64,000 nt of DNA from a virus (taxonomy: Duplodnaviria > Caudoviricetes): IMG/VR virus record IMGVR_UViG_3300035661_000004. One strand, written 5' to 3'. A program made the position numbers and the translations under genes. The notes below the pieces were generated by a model. It had not been told where the DNA came from. It ran no database searches and worked only from the letters and a program-made list of their open reading frames with translations. Positions 37,246 to 46,195 of the stretch are shown one piece after another (the first letter of the stretch is position 1; each line of letters starts with the position of its first letter).

Positions 37246-38499
37246 ATGTCCTCACTTCTTGAACAGGCCCTCGGGGCGGTCGGCGTCACGCCTGACACCA
37301 ACGGCGCTATCGGCGCCGCTCTCGGCCTAACCAAGGCCATCACAGACTTCGGCTCGGCTAACAATGGCCTGCCCTCCTTGGGCATCGGCGGCGCTCTCCG
37401 TGACATCATCGAGAGCAACATCCCGCCGATCTTTCGGACCAACCCAAGCCCAGGCGGCGTCAAGTTTACACCGAAACAAGGCGAGTGGACCGCGCTGCAC
37501 TATGCGGATGACCTAGTAGCCCACCATCCTAAGTTCAAGTTCATCTTCAAGGTCAAGTTCGTTGGCTTTGAGGGCATGGGCAACAGCGACTTCTTCTACT
37601 ACGTGCACCGGTGCGACAAGCCGAACATCACCTTCGAGCATGTCGATGTCAACTACTACAACTTCCGCTCTCGTGTCCTGACCAAGACCGTCTTCCAGCC
37701 TATCAGCATGACCCTGCTGGACGAGGTAGGCAACTCAGTCAATGACTTCTTCGTCAAGTACATGCTGAGCATGTCCGGCCAGGCGGGCGGCAAGTCAGGC
37801 ATCAACAGCGGCTTCGGTGATGCGTCAAGCACCAAGCCTTACAAGCGAGGCTACTCAGGCGGCAAGGCGATCATCATCAACCAGATCTTCGCCAACGGCC
37901 TCTACACCAACGAGTTCAAGTTCATCAACCCTCGGATCGAGAGCTTCTCTTTCGACGAGCTGAACATGGAAGACAATGCAGGCTCGCTGCTGACGTTGCA
38001 GTTCTCCTATGATTCCTTGGCGATGAACACTTACGCCGTCGGCCCTGAAGGCTCGAACGGTGAAGGCCTCTACACCTGGGGCAACACCGACATCCTCAAG
38101 GGTGGCGGCACGTCAGGGTTCCCTAACGCAGGCGCTACGTCCTTCGGCGAAGGCGTCAGGCAAGTCGCACAGTCAGCGAGCGGCGGCAGCATGATCGGCG
38201 GCTTGGGCTTGAGCCGGTTCTCAGACACGGTAAGTCAAGTCGTAGCGGCAGGCGTTACGCAGCTGCAACAGCTGCCTAAGGCCTTGCAAGGCGTCCTACC
38301 TGATGCAACCGGCCTCACCGCTTCGTTTAAGAACGTGGTAGGCTCAGCTGACTCGACCATCAGCCGCGACATCAGCGATACGCTGACCTCTATCAAGACC
38401 GGCGCCAATTTCAACACTTCTGCGGTCTCCTCGCTCACTAGCAAGGTTTCAGGCTTCACATCCTTGTTCTCGCCGATTAAGACCACGAGGTCTGGTTAA
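37246..38499 (+). CDS. Baseplate tail-tube initiator-like protein (gp54/gp19 fold)
   Basis: HPKFKFIFKV, CDKPNITFEHVDVNYYNFRSRV, QPISMTLLD, LTLQFSYD resemble the tube fold; TAAATA 4 nt upstream. Confidence 0.65.
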   Translation: MSSLLEQALGAVGVTPDTNGAIGAALGLTKAITDFGSANNGLPSLGIGGALRDIIESNIPPIFRTNPSPGGVKFTPKQGEWTALHYADDLVAHHPKFKFIFKVKFVGFEGMGNSDFFYYVHRCDKPNITFEHVDVNYYNFRSRVLTKTVFQPISMTLLDEVGNSVNDFFVKYMLSMSGQAGGKSGINSGFGDASSTKPYKRGYSGGKAIIINQIFANGLYTNEFKFINPRIESFSFDELNMEDNAGSLLTLQFSYDSLAMNTYAVGPEGSNGEGLYTWGNTDILKGGGTSGFPNAGATSFGEGVRQVAQSASGGSMIGGLGLSRFSDTVSQVVAAGVTQLQQLPKALQGVLPDATGLTASFKNVVGSADSTISRDISDTLTSIKTGANFNTSAVSSLTSKVSGFTSLFSPIKTTRSG

Positions 38500-38958
38500 G
38501 CTCTCGGCGTTTAGCCCAGTAGGCTTTACGAGCTTCGCTCATCTTACGCCTGGTTTCTTCAGGGTCGCTAAATTCACAAGCCTTAGGTTTTGGTTTCGCC
38601 TTAGCTTGCCTAGCTAGTAATCCAGCCTTCTGCCAATCAGCTAATTGCTTTGATTGAGCTTCTGATGGATTTTTCATTAAAGCTGAACGATGAGCTCTTT
38701 TCTGCTCTCTTTTTGCTTGTAATTCTTCTTCGCTAAGCGGTGTTCTGCGCTTATTAGGAAATCGATTTATAGCAGATAGTCTCATATTTGCCAAATGCTC
38801 AGCTGTAAATGGCCGTTTACGACCTTTATTGGCTAGGCTAATTTTAGCAATTGATTCAGCTGTATGAATTTGCTGTCTATTGCGAACACACCATTCTTCC
38901 TTGAGGCGCTGGTAAGTTCGACTGCACATCTTGATGCACGTTCGTACTTGTTCATCAT
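38477..38958 (-). pseudogene. Degenerate HNH homing endonuclease (nuclease domain deleted, NUMOD3 repeats retained)
   Basis: MMNKYER start is joined out of frame to CSRTYQRLKEE...HTAESIAKIS...FTAEHLANMR...PEETRRKMSEARK; AT-rich. Confidence 0.75.
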
Positions 38959-38968
38959 AAATATCCGT

Positions 38969-39385
38969 ATGGCACGTGGATTATATACCCCGAAGCATCC
39001 TGAGAAGTACATGGGTGACCCGCGGAAGATCAGGTTCCTGTCGAGCTGGGAGCTCAAGTTCATGCAGGTCTGTGACATGAACCCAAACATCATCTCTTGG
39101 GGGTCTGAGGAGTTTCGTGTCAAGTACTTCAACCCGATTAAGGGGAAAGTTTGCGACTACATCCCTGACTTCATCATCAAGTACAAGGACAGGCAAGGTA
39201 ACCTCATTACAGAGGTGATCGAGATCAAGCCGATGAAGCAGTCCAAGATGACCAAGAAGTCATCGCTGTATGACCAGATAGCGATCGCTGTCAACATGGC
39301 CAAGTGGGCCGCCGCTAAGGCTGTGTGCGAGAGCCATGGCATCCGTTTCCGCGTCGCGACAGAGCAGGAATTGTTCCGAAAGTGA
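38969..39385 (+). CDS. gp4: Head completion nuclease (T4 gp4-like, TnsA-type)
   Basis: YTPKHPEKYMGD, FLSSWELKFM, WGSEE, YIPDF, IEIKP, VNMAKWAAA; TAAATA 5 nt upstream. Confidence 0.92.
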   Translation: MARGLYTPKHPEKYMGDPRKIRFLSSWELKFMQVCDMNPNIISWGSEEFRVKYFNPIKGKVCDYIPDFIIKYKDRQGNLITEVIEIKPMKQSKMTKKSSLYDQIAIAVNMAKWAAAKAVCESHGIRFRVATEQELFRK

Positions 39386-39617
39386 CATAAATAGCTTCAT
39401 GAAGCAACAATCGCATGCCCATCTCAGCAAGCGTGTCATCAGGCTTCGCCTTTGCTCCTTGTATACAAGGAGCAAAGGCGAATTTGAGCTTGCTGCTTTC
39501 ATTTGGTCCGCTCAAACAAAACGACTACAGGTTTCAGTTAAATAGCCAATCATTTTCCCGGTCAAGGATTATCACTTCAGGTGATGACTTTCGGCAGGCT
39601 TTAGCAGACACCCACGC

Positions 39618-40154
39618 ATGAGCACCGCACCTTCTACAATCTCCCACCCGATTGAGGACTTCCTCGACATTGAGCCTGGCTCGACCATGCAGGCTATTCA
39701 TGAGGCGCCCGAGCAAACAAGCGCGCTCATCGACCCAACATCGGGTGAGGTTGTAGAGCGGCCTACGACAGAGCTTGCAAAGATTGACTTCGAGCGCGAA
39801 GAGCGGATCGAGGACCTACAGGTTGACGCCCAGCTCGGCGAGGTGCACACAGCTGCAATGCAGGCCTTCTACCAGCAGTCAGCGCTCGCCCAGCAGGTTG
39901 ACCCAAAGTTCTCAGCGCGCAACTCTGAAGTCGCAGCACAGTTCCTCAACATCGCTTTGAGCACGGTCAGCGCTCGAGTAGACGCCAAGCACAAGCGGAT
40001 CAAGGCGAGGCTGGAGAAGCAGAAGCTCACCGACGGCGCTCCTAACAGCGTGCAGAACAACATCATCGTTGCGGACCGTAATTCGCTCATGCAGACCCTG
40101 TTTGCTGAGCAGCTCAAGACCGTAGCAAAAGCGGTTGGCGAGGACGAAGCGTGA
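39618..40154 (+). CDS. Probable terminase small subunit (gp16-like)
   Basis: Helical body with a C-terminal NSVQNNIIVADRNSLMQ motif similar to T4-like gp16 C-termini; TAAATA at 39539. Confidence 0.55.
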   Translation: MSTAPSTISHPIEDFLDIEPGSTMQAIHEAPEQTSALIDPTSGEVVERPTTELAKIDFEREERIEDLQVDAQLGEVHTAAMQAFYQQSALAQQVDPKFSARNSEVAAQFLNIALSTVSARVDAKHKRIKARLEKQKLTDGAPNSVQNNIIVADRNSLMQTLFAEQLKTVAKAVGEDEA

Positions 40155-40831
40155 GGCTGAGCAGTTTGCTAGAATCGGCTAGTCGGCGTGACGCGCTCGA
40201 GCTTCAGCAAACCATCATTGACGCTTGCGACTTTGAAGTGAATGCTAAGCTTATCCTCCGCCCTACCAGCGATGTAGGCATCCTGCGCTTAACGTTTCCT
40301 GCTTGGCAGCACAGCAATGACAATTTCGCCGACGTGGACTTCAAGCGCGAAGGCGCTGATGACATCTCTGTGGGCATTGAAGGGCTTGGCAGGAGCCACT
40401 TGTTCATCCGCGGCGACACTGGGACAAGCTTCAAATCCTTAAGCGATCCTGACATCGGTGAAGTTATCAAGCGGGAGTGCTGCCGGCGTGTAGGCATTAG
40501 CGAGAAGGTTGCTTTGGGAGAGCGAGCAAAGTGGTATGCGGAGAAGGCAAAGTATAAGGGCATCAACAATATGCCTGACAGCGATGACTTCACTCCGTTT
40601 CACTATGCGCCAAGGCTGACAGGCGAGCAAGAGGTCATGATAGGCGATGCGGCTCTTAAGGGCAAGGAGGTTGTTTGCATGGCTATTCGCAAGCCTGACA
40701 AGGACGTTCTTGGCGGCAGTGACGCGCTAAACAAGTTCAATGACGAGGTGCTCCGAAAGGCTCCTAGGCCAAAGCAGCTCGCCATGGCGACTACTACCGA
40801 CTTAAAGTGGTTCCTCTATGCGCCTCAGTGA
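40151..40831 (+). CDS. Hypothetical protein with MRLSSLLE leader and ALELQQTIID motif
   Basis: 226 aa, GTGA-coupled. Confidence 0.75.
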   Translation: MRLSSLLESASRRDALELQQTIIDACDFEVNAKLILRPTSDVGILRLTFPAWQHSNDNFADVDFKREGADDISVGIEGLGRSHLFIRGDTGTSFKSLSDPDIGEVIKRECCRRVGISEKVALGERAKWYAEKAKYKGINNMPDSDDFTPFHYAPRLTGEQEVMIGDAALKGKEVVCMAIRKPDKDVLGGSDALNKFNDEVLRKAPRPKQLAMATTTDLKWFLYAPQ

Positions 40832-41174
40832 AGTGCTCAATGATCATCGGCGCTTCTTGCTCGAGGTGCAGCAAGCGTACCTTGACAAGCACCCGAAGCA
40901 CGAGACAAGGCTCACCCAGCATCACGGATGCCCTACGCTCTTGGTGTGGGCAGGCGACATGCCTAGCACCCCAGGCGTGGCTACAAGCATGTTCTTCTAT
41001 GATGACCAGCTAAGCTCATTGACTCGCCGTGACGCGCCTAAGCTCAGGTTTGAGGTTAGCAGCCGTGACGGTCTTAGCAGGCTTTCTCGTGAGTTCTTCT
41101 TTGACACCACGCTCGACGACTGTCAAGCTGTGCGTCGATGCTTTGAGCAGCGCGCTGATCGAAAGCCTGGGTAA
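40818..41174 (+). CDS. Hypothetical protein with MRLSEVL leader and FLLEVQQAYLD motif
   Basis: 118 aa, overlaps the previous stop. Confidence 0.7.
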   Translation: MRLSEVLNDHRRFLLEVQQAYLDKHPKHETRLTQHHGCPTLLVWAGDMPSTPGVATSMFFYDDQLSSLTRRDAPKLRFEVSSRDGLSRLSREFFFDTTLDDCQAVRRCFEQRADRKPG

Positions 41175-41191
41175 CATTGTAGGAGCTGAGC

Positions 41192-41388
41192 ATACCAGCG
41201 GCAAGAATCTCGAAGCGGTGCTGCGAAGGTACATTGAGACAGACGAGGCTTCGGTGCATGAAATGTGCGAAGTCGTGTACAAGAAGTCAGATGACATCGA
41301 GGCTGACGCCGAAGAGCACGGTTGGACGATTTGCGCTGAAACTCCTGTCTCGGGTAAAATTGCTGTCTTCTTCGTCAAAGAACGATAG
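41192..41388 (+). pseudogene. Small acidic ORF whose start codon appears lost (AGGAG-N6-AT|ACC)
   Basis: Protein-like frame TSGKNLEAVLRRYIETDE...FFVKER* with an SD at 41181-41185 but no ATG; inserting one G restores it. Confidence 0.4.
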
Positions 41389-41392
41389 CTGG

Positions 41393-41421
41393 TTTACACG
41401 GTCAGACCGTAAGTATACAAT
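41393..41421 (+). promoter_or_regulatory. Early promoter TTTACA-N17-TACAAT
   Basis: Recurring early consensus. Confidence 0.85.
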
Positions 41422-41457
41422 CATACTATTCACGGTACGGATACTTAGGAGCGCAAC

Positions 41458-42612
41458 ATGGCCGAACTCAAGACCTTCATCGCTGAAAACGCCCACACAG
41501 GCTTTGACATCATCGCGAAGCTGGACACGGTCCATGACCTGATCGATGTCAGGAAGTTCGAGCGCTACTACGAAGCTCCCATCAAGGCCTTCGAGGACGG
41601 CGCCAAGGCCGACGCTGTGTACAACACGGTTCATGTCGAAGCCAAGGACGCCGTCAACCGCATCTTCGACACGGCTTGGGAAAAGGTCGACTACGCCGCT
41701 CCGTGGTTTGGCTATCAACAGCCGAACCAGAAGGTGCTCAATGACGCCGACATCTACCCCGAGCACCACATCAACGGCACGAACTACAAGAAAGCAATCA
41801 GGACCCTCGACGCGATGGAAAAGGTCCTGAATGATGCCGAAAGCAAAGCCGCAATTGCGCAGCTCCGCCGGCTCGGTGATGCCTATAGCTACTGCATGGA
41901 CGCCTTCAAGGCCACCCAAAGCAAGGTCATCAAGGGGCGCCGCCCAAACTTGAATGCGGCGAATGAGTTCGCTTCGCGCATGGGTTCGGCTCACGCTGTG
42001 GCCACGGTGCGCACCAACCTGCTGAAGAGCATCACGCCGCCGCTCGATGACTTCGAGAAGCAAGTGCAGGCTTGGTTCGAGCGCGTGCTGGCTGGCCTTG
42101 ACGCTGCGTGCAAGGGCCAAACCGAGGTCAAGCCTTTCAAAAACCCCATCGACTCAATGGTCTTCAACAAGACGTACGACTTCAAGGCCAAGGGCTGGGA
42201 CGACAAGCGCGTGTACACCGAGCTGAAGCGTACTGCCAACGCAGATGCTTTTCCGAAGCACGAGGCTGCTATTCAGCGCAAGATAATCGAGGAGAAGTTC
42301 TTGCACAAGAACGCCCTCAAGCTGTCTGCCCTGTTGGACGCCAAGGGCAACCTGACCAGCATCGACGTGCTGCCCAGCTCGCCGGTCAAGCTGCACAACG
42401 GCGCCGGCACGCTGACCTCCGAGATGGTGGTCAAGTTTGCTGACGGCTCGAGCTTTACGGTGCGCAACAAGGTCATCATCAACCGCACCTCGCTGGGCAA
42501 TACCTTCTATCAGTTCCCGACCACCTTCCATGACGTGGTCAAGGCCGACGGCACCAAGCTCGATGCACCTTCCGAAGAGAAGATGCTGAAGGTCTTCGGC
42601 GGCAAGGCATGA
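41458..42612 (+). CDS. Early hypothetical phage protein
   Basis: 384 aa, AGGAG SD, strong codon bias. Confidence 0.8.
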   Translation: MAELKTFIAENAHTGFDIIAKLDTVHDLIDVRKFERYYEAPIKAFEDGAKADAVYNTVHVEAKDAVNRIFDTAWEKVDYAAPWFGYQQPNQKVLNDADIYPEHHINGTNYKKAIRTLDAMEKVLNDAESKAAIAQLRRLGDAYSYCMDAFKATQSKVIKGRRPNLNAANEFASRMGSAHAVATVRTNLLKSITPPLDDFEKQVQAWFERVLAGLDAACKGQTEVKPFKNPIDSMVFNKTYDFKAKGWDDKRVYTELKRTANADAFPKHEAAIQRKIIEEKFLHKNALKLSALLDAKGNLTSIDVLPSSPVKLHNGAGTLTSEMVVKFADGSSFTVRNKVIINRTSLGNTFYQFPTTFHDVVKADGTKLDAPSEEKMLKVFGGKA

Positions 42613-43127
42613 GCGAACGGGCCGAGGCCCTCAAGCTGCAGCAGCGGCTTGTAGAGGTTTTTGCTCTCGGCCCGCTCCAAGCTACCATAGTTCACCTGGG
42701 CATCCTGCGAGTCAAGCTCCAGGTGCCTGGCTGTCACCGTGTCCTCGCTGTGCATCGCTCGGCGCATGAGGAAGAATCGCCGTTCCAAATTGGCATGGAC
42801 GTAGGGGATGGGTTAGAATTCATCGACTACTCGGTCTCCTTTGAAGGCTTACTCTCGGACATCGTCTTCAACTTCATGACAGACGCGTATGACTATAGTT
42901 TGTTCGAGCATGTCATGCACAATGTATATGAAGGCGCTAAGCCTGTAGACTGGAGCGATGAGCGCAGCATGCGGCTGCTCGGGCATTACTTGCTTAGCAA
43001 CAAGCTAGAGCTGCTTTGCATAGGCAACATGCAGCTCCCAGGGTTGGACTTTCTTGGACGGATTGACATTGCTAATGTTCCCATGTTCCTCTATGGCGTT
43101 GATGAGCTGCCGTCATGGTTACTATAA
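42609..43127 (+). CDS. Hypothetical protein with ALKLQQRLVE motif
   Basis: 172 aa, ATGA-coupled. Confidence 0.7.
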   Translation: MSERAEALKLQQRLVEVFALGPLQATIVHLGILRVKLQVPGCHRVLAVHRSAHEEESPFQIGMDVGDGLEFIDYSVSFEGLLSDIVFNFMTDAYDYSLFEHVMHNVYEGAKPVDWSDERSMRLLGHYLLSNKLELLCIGNMQLPGLDFLGRIDIANVPMFLYGVDELPSWLL

Positions 43128-43148
43128 GTAAGTCTAGAGGAACATTCC

Positions 43149-43829
43149 ATGCCTATCCTAGACGTACTCCAACATCTCGCTGACGGCGAACCCGTCGTTG
43201 ACTTGACTCAGTTTGACGCGCCTGCTTTGCCTGAACCAGAACCGTTCGCAGCTGTCTACGGTTTTTGCCCACAGTGCGGCTCTCCGGGTGTTGCGCGCGA
43301 GAAGCGGCCGAACGGTAATGACATCTGTGACAATCAACATAAGTACCCGTCAGCTTCGGCGATCCTGCCGCCTACCGCTGTTGACCCAGAGCCTTTGCCT
43401 ACAGTTGAGCCAGAGCTGCCGCCTACTCCTGCTGGCGCTGAGTTGGCGTCGACCGCTCGTGACTTCATCTCGATCCTCTTCAGCGCTCGGGACCGTGCGC
43501 ATCAGCTGCACCTACGGACCAAGTCCTTCTCAAAGCATGTTGCCCTCGGCGACCTGTACCAAGGGCTGATCGACAAGGCTGACGAGATCGCTGAAGTTGT
43601 GCAAGGCGTTCACGGAATCATGGGCCCTGTCATGGGTGACGTGCAGAGCATGACCTCGCACGCTGACACTGTAGACGAGGAGATCAGGCTGTTCATGGAC
43701 GCGCTCACCGCTGTGTGTGCAGCAGGCCACCACGCATTTAGCCCTGCTGAAACTTTCATTCACAACCTGGTAGACGAGGTTCAAGCCCTCGTGTACAGGA
43801 CGAAATACAAGCTTGAAAACCTAGCCTAA
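43149..43829 (+). CDS. Zn-ribbon plus ferritin-like (DUF5856-type) protein
   Basis: CPQCGSPG...ICDNQH; Pro-rich linker; HQLHLRTKSFSKHVALGDLY...DEIAE...YKLENL. Confidence 0.7.
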   Translation: MPILDVLQHLADGEPVVDLTQFDAPALPEPEPFAAVYGFCPQCGSPGVAREKRPNGNDICDNQHKYPSASAILPPTAVDPEPLPTVEPELPPTPAGAELASTARDFISILFSARDRAHQLHLRTKSFSKHVALGDLYQGLIDKADEIAEVVQGVHGIMGPVMGDVQSMTSHADTVDEEIRLFMDALTAVCAAGHHAFSPAETFIHNLVDEVQALVYRTKYKLENLA

Positions 43830-43833
43830 AAAC

Positions 43834-44676
43834 ATGAAGCATCTCATAGCTATAGCTCTCCTCGCCGTCTCAGGCTTCGCCGCAGCCCAAGGCTCAACAA
43901 CGCCGCAAACCAGCGCCGGCGTGTACTGTTCAGCCGAAAATGAAACATGCGTGTTACCGTTTGCAGGTACGTATGACGTGTCATATGGCATCGAGGGTAT
44001 GTTCACTGTCAAGCAGGGCCTGTCAGGGTCGATCGCTTGCTCCAATGACTACTTCATGGACCCGGCTCACGGAGCCGCTAAGGCTTGCTACTATAAGCAA
44101 GCCGGAGCTGTAACCCCGCCGAGCACGCCAGCATCAGGTTCCGCCGTAGCGCCCCTGCCGAAGTGCTGGCCGAAGCCGATCGGTACGGGCACTAGGCTCC
44201 GAACTAACTCGTCTGATACGGGCGTTTGGGCTTGGTGGTATTGCTCCAACAAGGTCATGTACGAGCCTCAGTTTGTCGTGGTCTCGAAGCTGACCTACTC
44301 AAACTCGACCTTCTTCAATGACATGGCAGCCGTGCTTGCGTCAACCTCGCCGGTGACCGCGCTCAACGCGCTGTGGACCGCGAAGGTCAAGGATAACCCT
44401 GACAACATCCCAGCTGAGCTCTACAGGTTGGTAGGCGTTGACATGTTCACCGGCTACACCGTGCCGCTCAACGGCACCGCCGCGACACGCCCGACATACT
44501 CATCTACGCCCCTCAATGGCAAGTTGGACCCGAAGGTGACCGGTTCGGTCAAGGTCGGAGCAGCTTGCTATTGCAACCTGTGGCGCTCCATTGATACCGG
44601 TCGTCAGTACTGTGCGATCAATGAATCGCCTAGCTACCAGTACTCAGTGTCCGTTTGTGAGCCGAAGCTGCAATGA
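43834..44676 (+). CDS. Secreted Cys-rich protein with a putative lectin-like N-terminal module
   Basis: Sec signal MKHLIAIALLAVSGFAAA; CSAENETC...VSYG...IACSNDYFMDPAHGAAKAC module; many paired Cys. Confidence 0.65.
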   Translation: MKHLIAIALLAVSGFAAAQGSTTPQTSAGVYCSAENETCVLPFAGTYDVSYGIEGMFTVKQGLSGSIACSNDYFMDPAHGAAKACYYKQAGAVTPPSTPASGSAVAPLPKCWPKPIGTGTRLRTNSSDTGVWAWWYCSNKVMYEPQFVVVSKLTYSNSTFFNDMAAVLASTSPVTALNALWTAKVKDNPDNIPAELYRLVGVDMFTGYTVPLNGTAATRPTYSSTPLNGKLDPKVTGSVKVGAACYCNLWRSIDTGRQYCAINESPSYQYSVSVCEPKLQ

Positions 44677-45467
44677 AGGCTTGGCTCCTCTCGCTCGCGC
44701 TGTTAGTAGGAGCCGTACAAGCGGCTCCCCAGCAGCCACCTCGGCCGCTAAGCGAATGCAAGGACCAGCTACCCTACGGCGCTCCTAAGGGCCGTAAGCA
44801 GCGCACATTAGGTCAGTGCCGCAAGGCTTATGCGGTCGAGTATGACCCGCAGGCTAAGGTACCGGTGTGGGTCTCCTACGTGCTGGTGCCTACAAACAGC
44901 GTAGGCTGTGGCAAGCGGACCAATGCCTTCGCTGTTGACCAAAGCCTCAAGAAGGCTGACCGTGCATCGCTCGCTGACTACAACAAGAGCGGCTATGACA
45001 CAGGCCACATGGCTAACAACAGCGACATGCGTTGGGACGTTGAGGCAGAGCGCGAGTCGTTCTACTTAACCAACATGGCACCTCAGCTGCCGTCATTCAA
45101 CCGCGGCGTGTGGAAAGCCCTTGAAAGCACGACACGTAGCTGGTCAGTCTCACGCCTGCACCCGCTGCTTATCTACGTGGGTCCAGTCTATGGCGTGCAA
45201 GACAGCACGATCGGCAAGAACCGTGTCGTGGTGCCGCACGCCTTCTACAAGGTCATTGTGGACATCATGACCGGCGAGGCGCAGGTCTTCCTGTTCAAGC
45301 ACGAAGATGGCAAGCATGCCGGCATTGAAACCTTCAAGTCGAGCTTGCCAGAGGTCCAGCGCCAGACAAGCGTCACCTTCCCGATGCCAGCTAACGTGAG
45401 CTACCCACAGCTGTGGGCGACCCCGACATCCGCTGCCGCCCTCAAGGCGACATCGTGCCCGCAATAG
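44673..45467 (+). CDS. Secreted DNA/RNA non-specific endonuclease (NucA/EndA family)
   Basis: Signal MKAWLLSLALLVGAVQA; YDTGHMA, SFYLTNMAPQ, FNRGVWKALE, VPHAFYKV. Confidence 0.92.
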   Translation: MKAWLLSLALLVGAVQAAPQQPPRPLSECKDQLPYGAPKGRKQRTLGQCRKAYAVEYDPQAKVPVWVSYVLVPTNSVGCGKRTNAFAVDQSLKKADRASLADYNKSGYDTGHMANNSDMRWDVEAERESFYLTNMAPQLPSFNRGVWKALESTTRSWSVSRLHPLLIYVGPVYGVQDSTIGKNRVVVPHAFYKVIVDIMTGEAQVFLFKHEDGKHAGIETFKSSLPEVQRQTSVTFPMPANVSYPQLWATPTSAAALKATSCPQ

Positions 45468-45470
45468 GTG

Positions 45471-45499
45471 TTTACACGAGCTGACTCTTGGGTTACAAT
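45471..45499 (+). promoter_or_regulatory. Early promoter TTTACA-N17-TACAAT
   Basis: Recurring early consensus. Confidence 0.85.
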
Positions 45500-45535
45500 C
45501 TAACTAACCGTTAGTTAGAAACTTAGGAGTCAGTC

Positions 45536-45931
45536 ATGGCGCTCGAGCTGTACCCCACAGGCACCCAGGTGGTCTTCTTCTCCAAAGGTCATCCCAGAGA
45601 CCGGTGCGTCTGCAAGGTCGTCGAGTCCGCATGCGTCGAGAAGGGCAAGAACAAGTACTACAAGTACACCCTTGATCATGACGGCACGCCGTTCAAGACT
45701 GAGGACGGCGAGAACGGTGTCCGTGTCGAGAAAGTCACGGCGACCCCTGGCACCGTGCTCTACAAGAGCCCGTCAAAGGTGATGATTATCACCAAGAACT
45801 CAGGCCCTGCATTCACCCTTAGCCCGTCTACCTTCACCGATGATGAGCTTGACGCGCTGGTGCAGGATAAGCCGATCAACGTCATCCACACCGAGTTCCT
45901 GCCACGCTTCGTCACGTTTGAGGCCCTGTGA
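45536..45931 (+). CDS. Early hypothetical protein
   Basis: 131 aa, AGGAG SD. Confidence 0.75.
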   Translation: MALELYPTGTQVVFFSKGHPRDRCVCKVVESACVEKGKNKYYKYTLDHDGTPFKTEDGENGVRVEKVTATPGTVLYKSPSKVMIITKNSGPAFTLSPSTFTDDELDALVQDKPINVIHTEFLPRFVTFEAL

Positions 45932-46150
45932 GCGAGGCTCTGTGTTTCGCTCGAGTTTACAACCGGCGGACAGACTTGGGGTGTGCGCTGTATGGCGTGC
46001 TTACTCTTACATATGGGGCACAAACACAGAGCCTTCGATGGAATTCGTAACCCTGATGAAGGCCATGAAAAGTGGGTGAAGCGCGGGTTTGAGCAAGTAG
46101 TGCTTGACGCTGCTATGTGCTCAGACTCAACCCTCAACAGTTACATTTTG

Positions 46151-46175
46151 AAAGGACCTGCGGGTCCTTTTTTTT
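46151..46175 (+). terminator. Rho-independent terminator
   Basis: AAAGGACC-TGCG-GGTCCTTTTTTTT. Confidence 0.85.
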
Positions 46176-46184
46176 CATGCGTGC

Positions 46185-46190
46185 TAAATA
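46185..46190 (+). promoter_or_regulatory. Late promoter TAAATA 5 nt before the terminase ATG
   Basis: TAAATAGCCGCATG directly after a terminator. Confidence 0.8.
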
Positions 46191-46195
46191 GCCGC

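Noticed and set aside
39399-39545. 48-codon ORF directly after a TAAATA box
   Set aside because: Not listed as a CDS because it has no motif and atypical composition; it may be a real leaderless micro-gene or a remnant.
45983-46195. 71-codon N-terminal extension of terminase in the ORF track
   Set aside because: It runs through a terminator and a late promoter; ATG 46196 fits the gp17 N-terminus.
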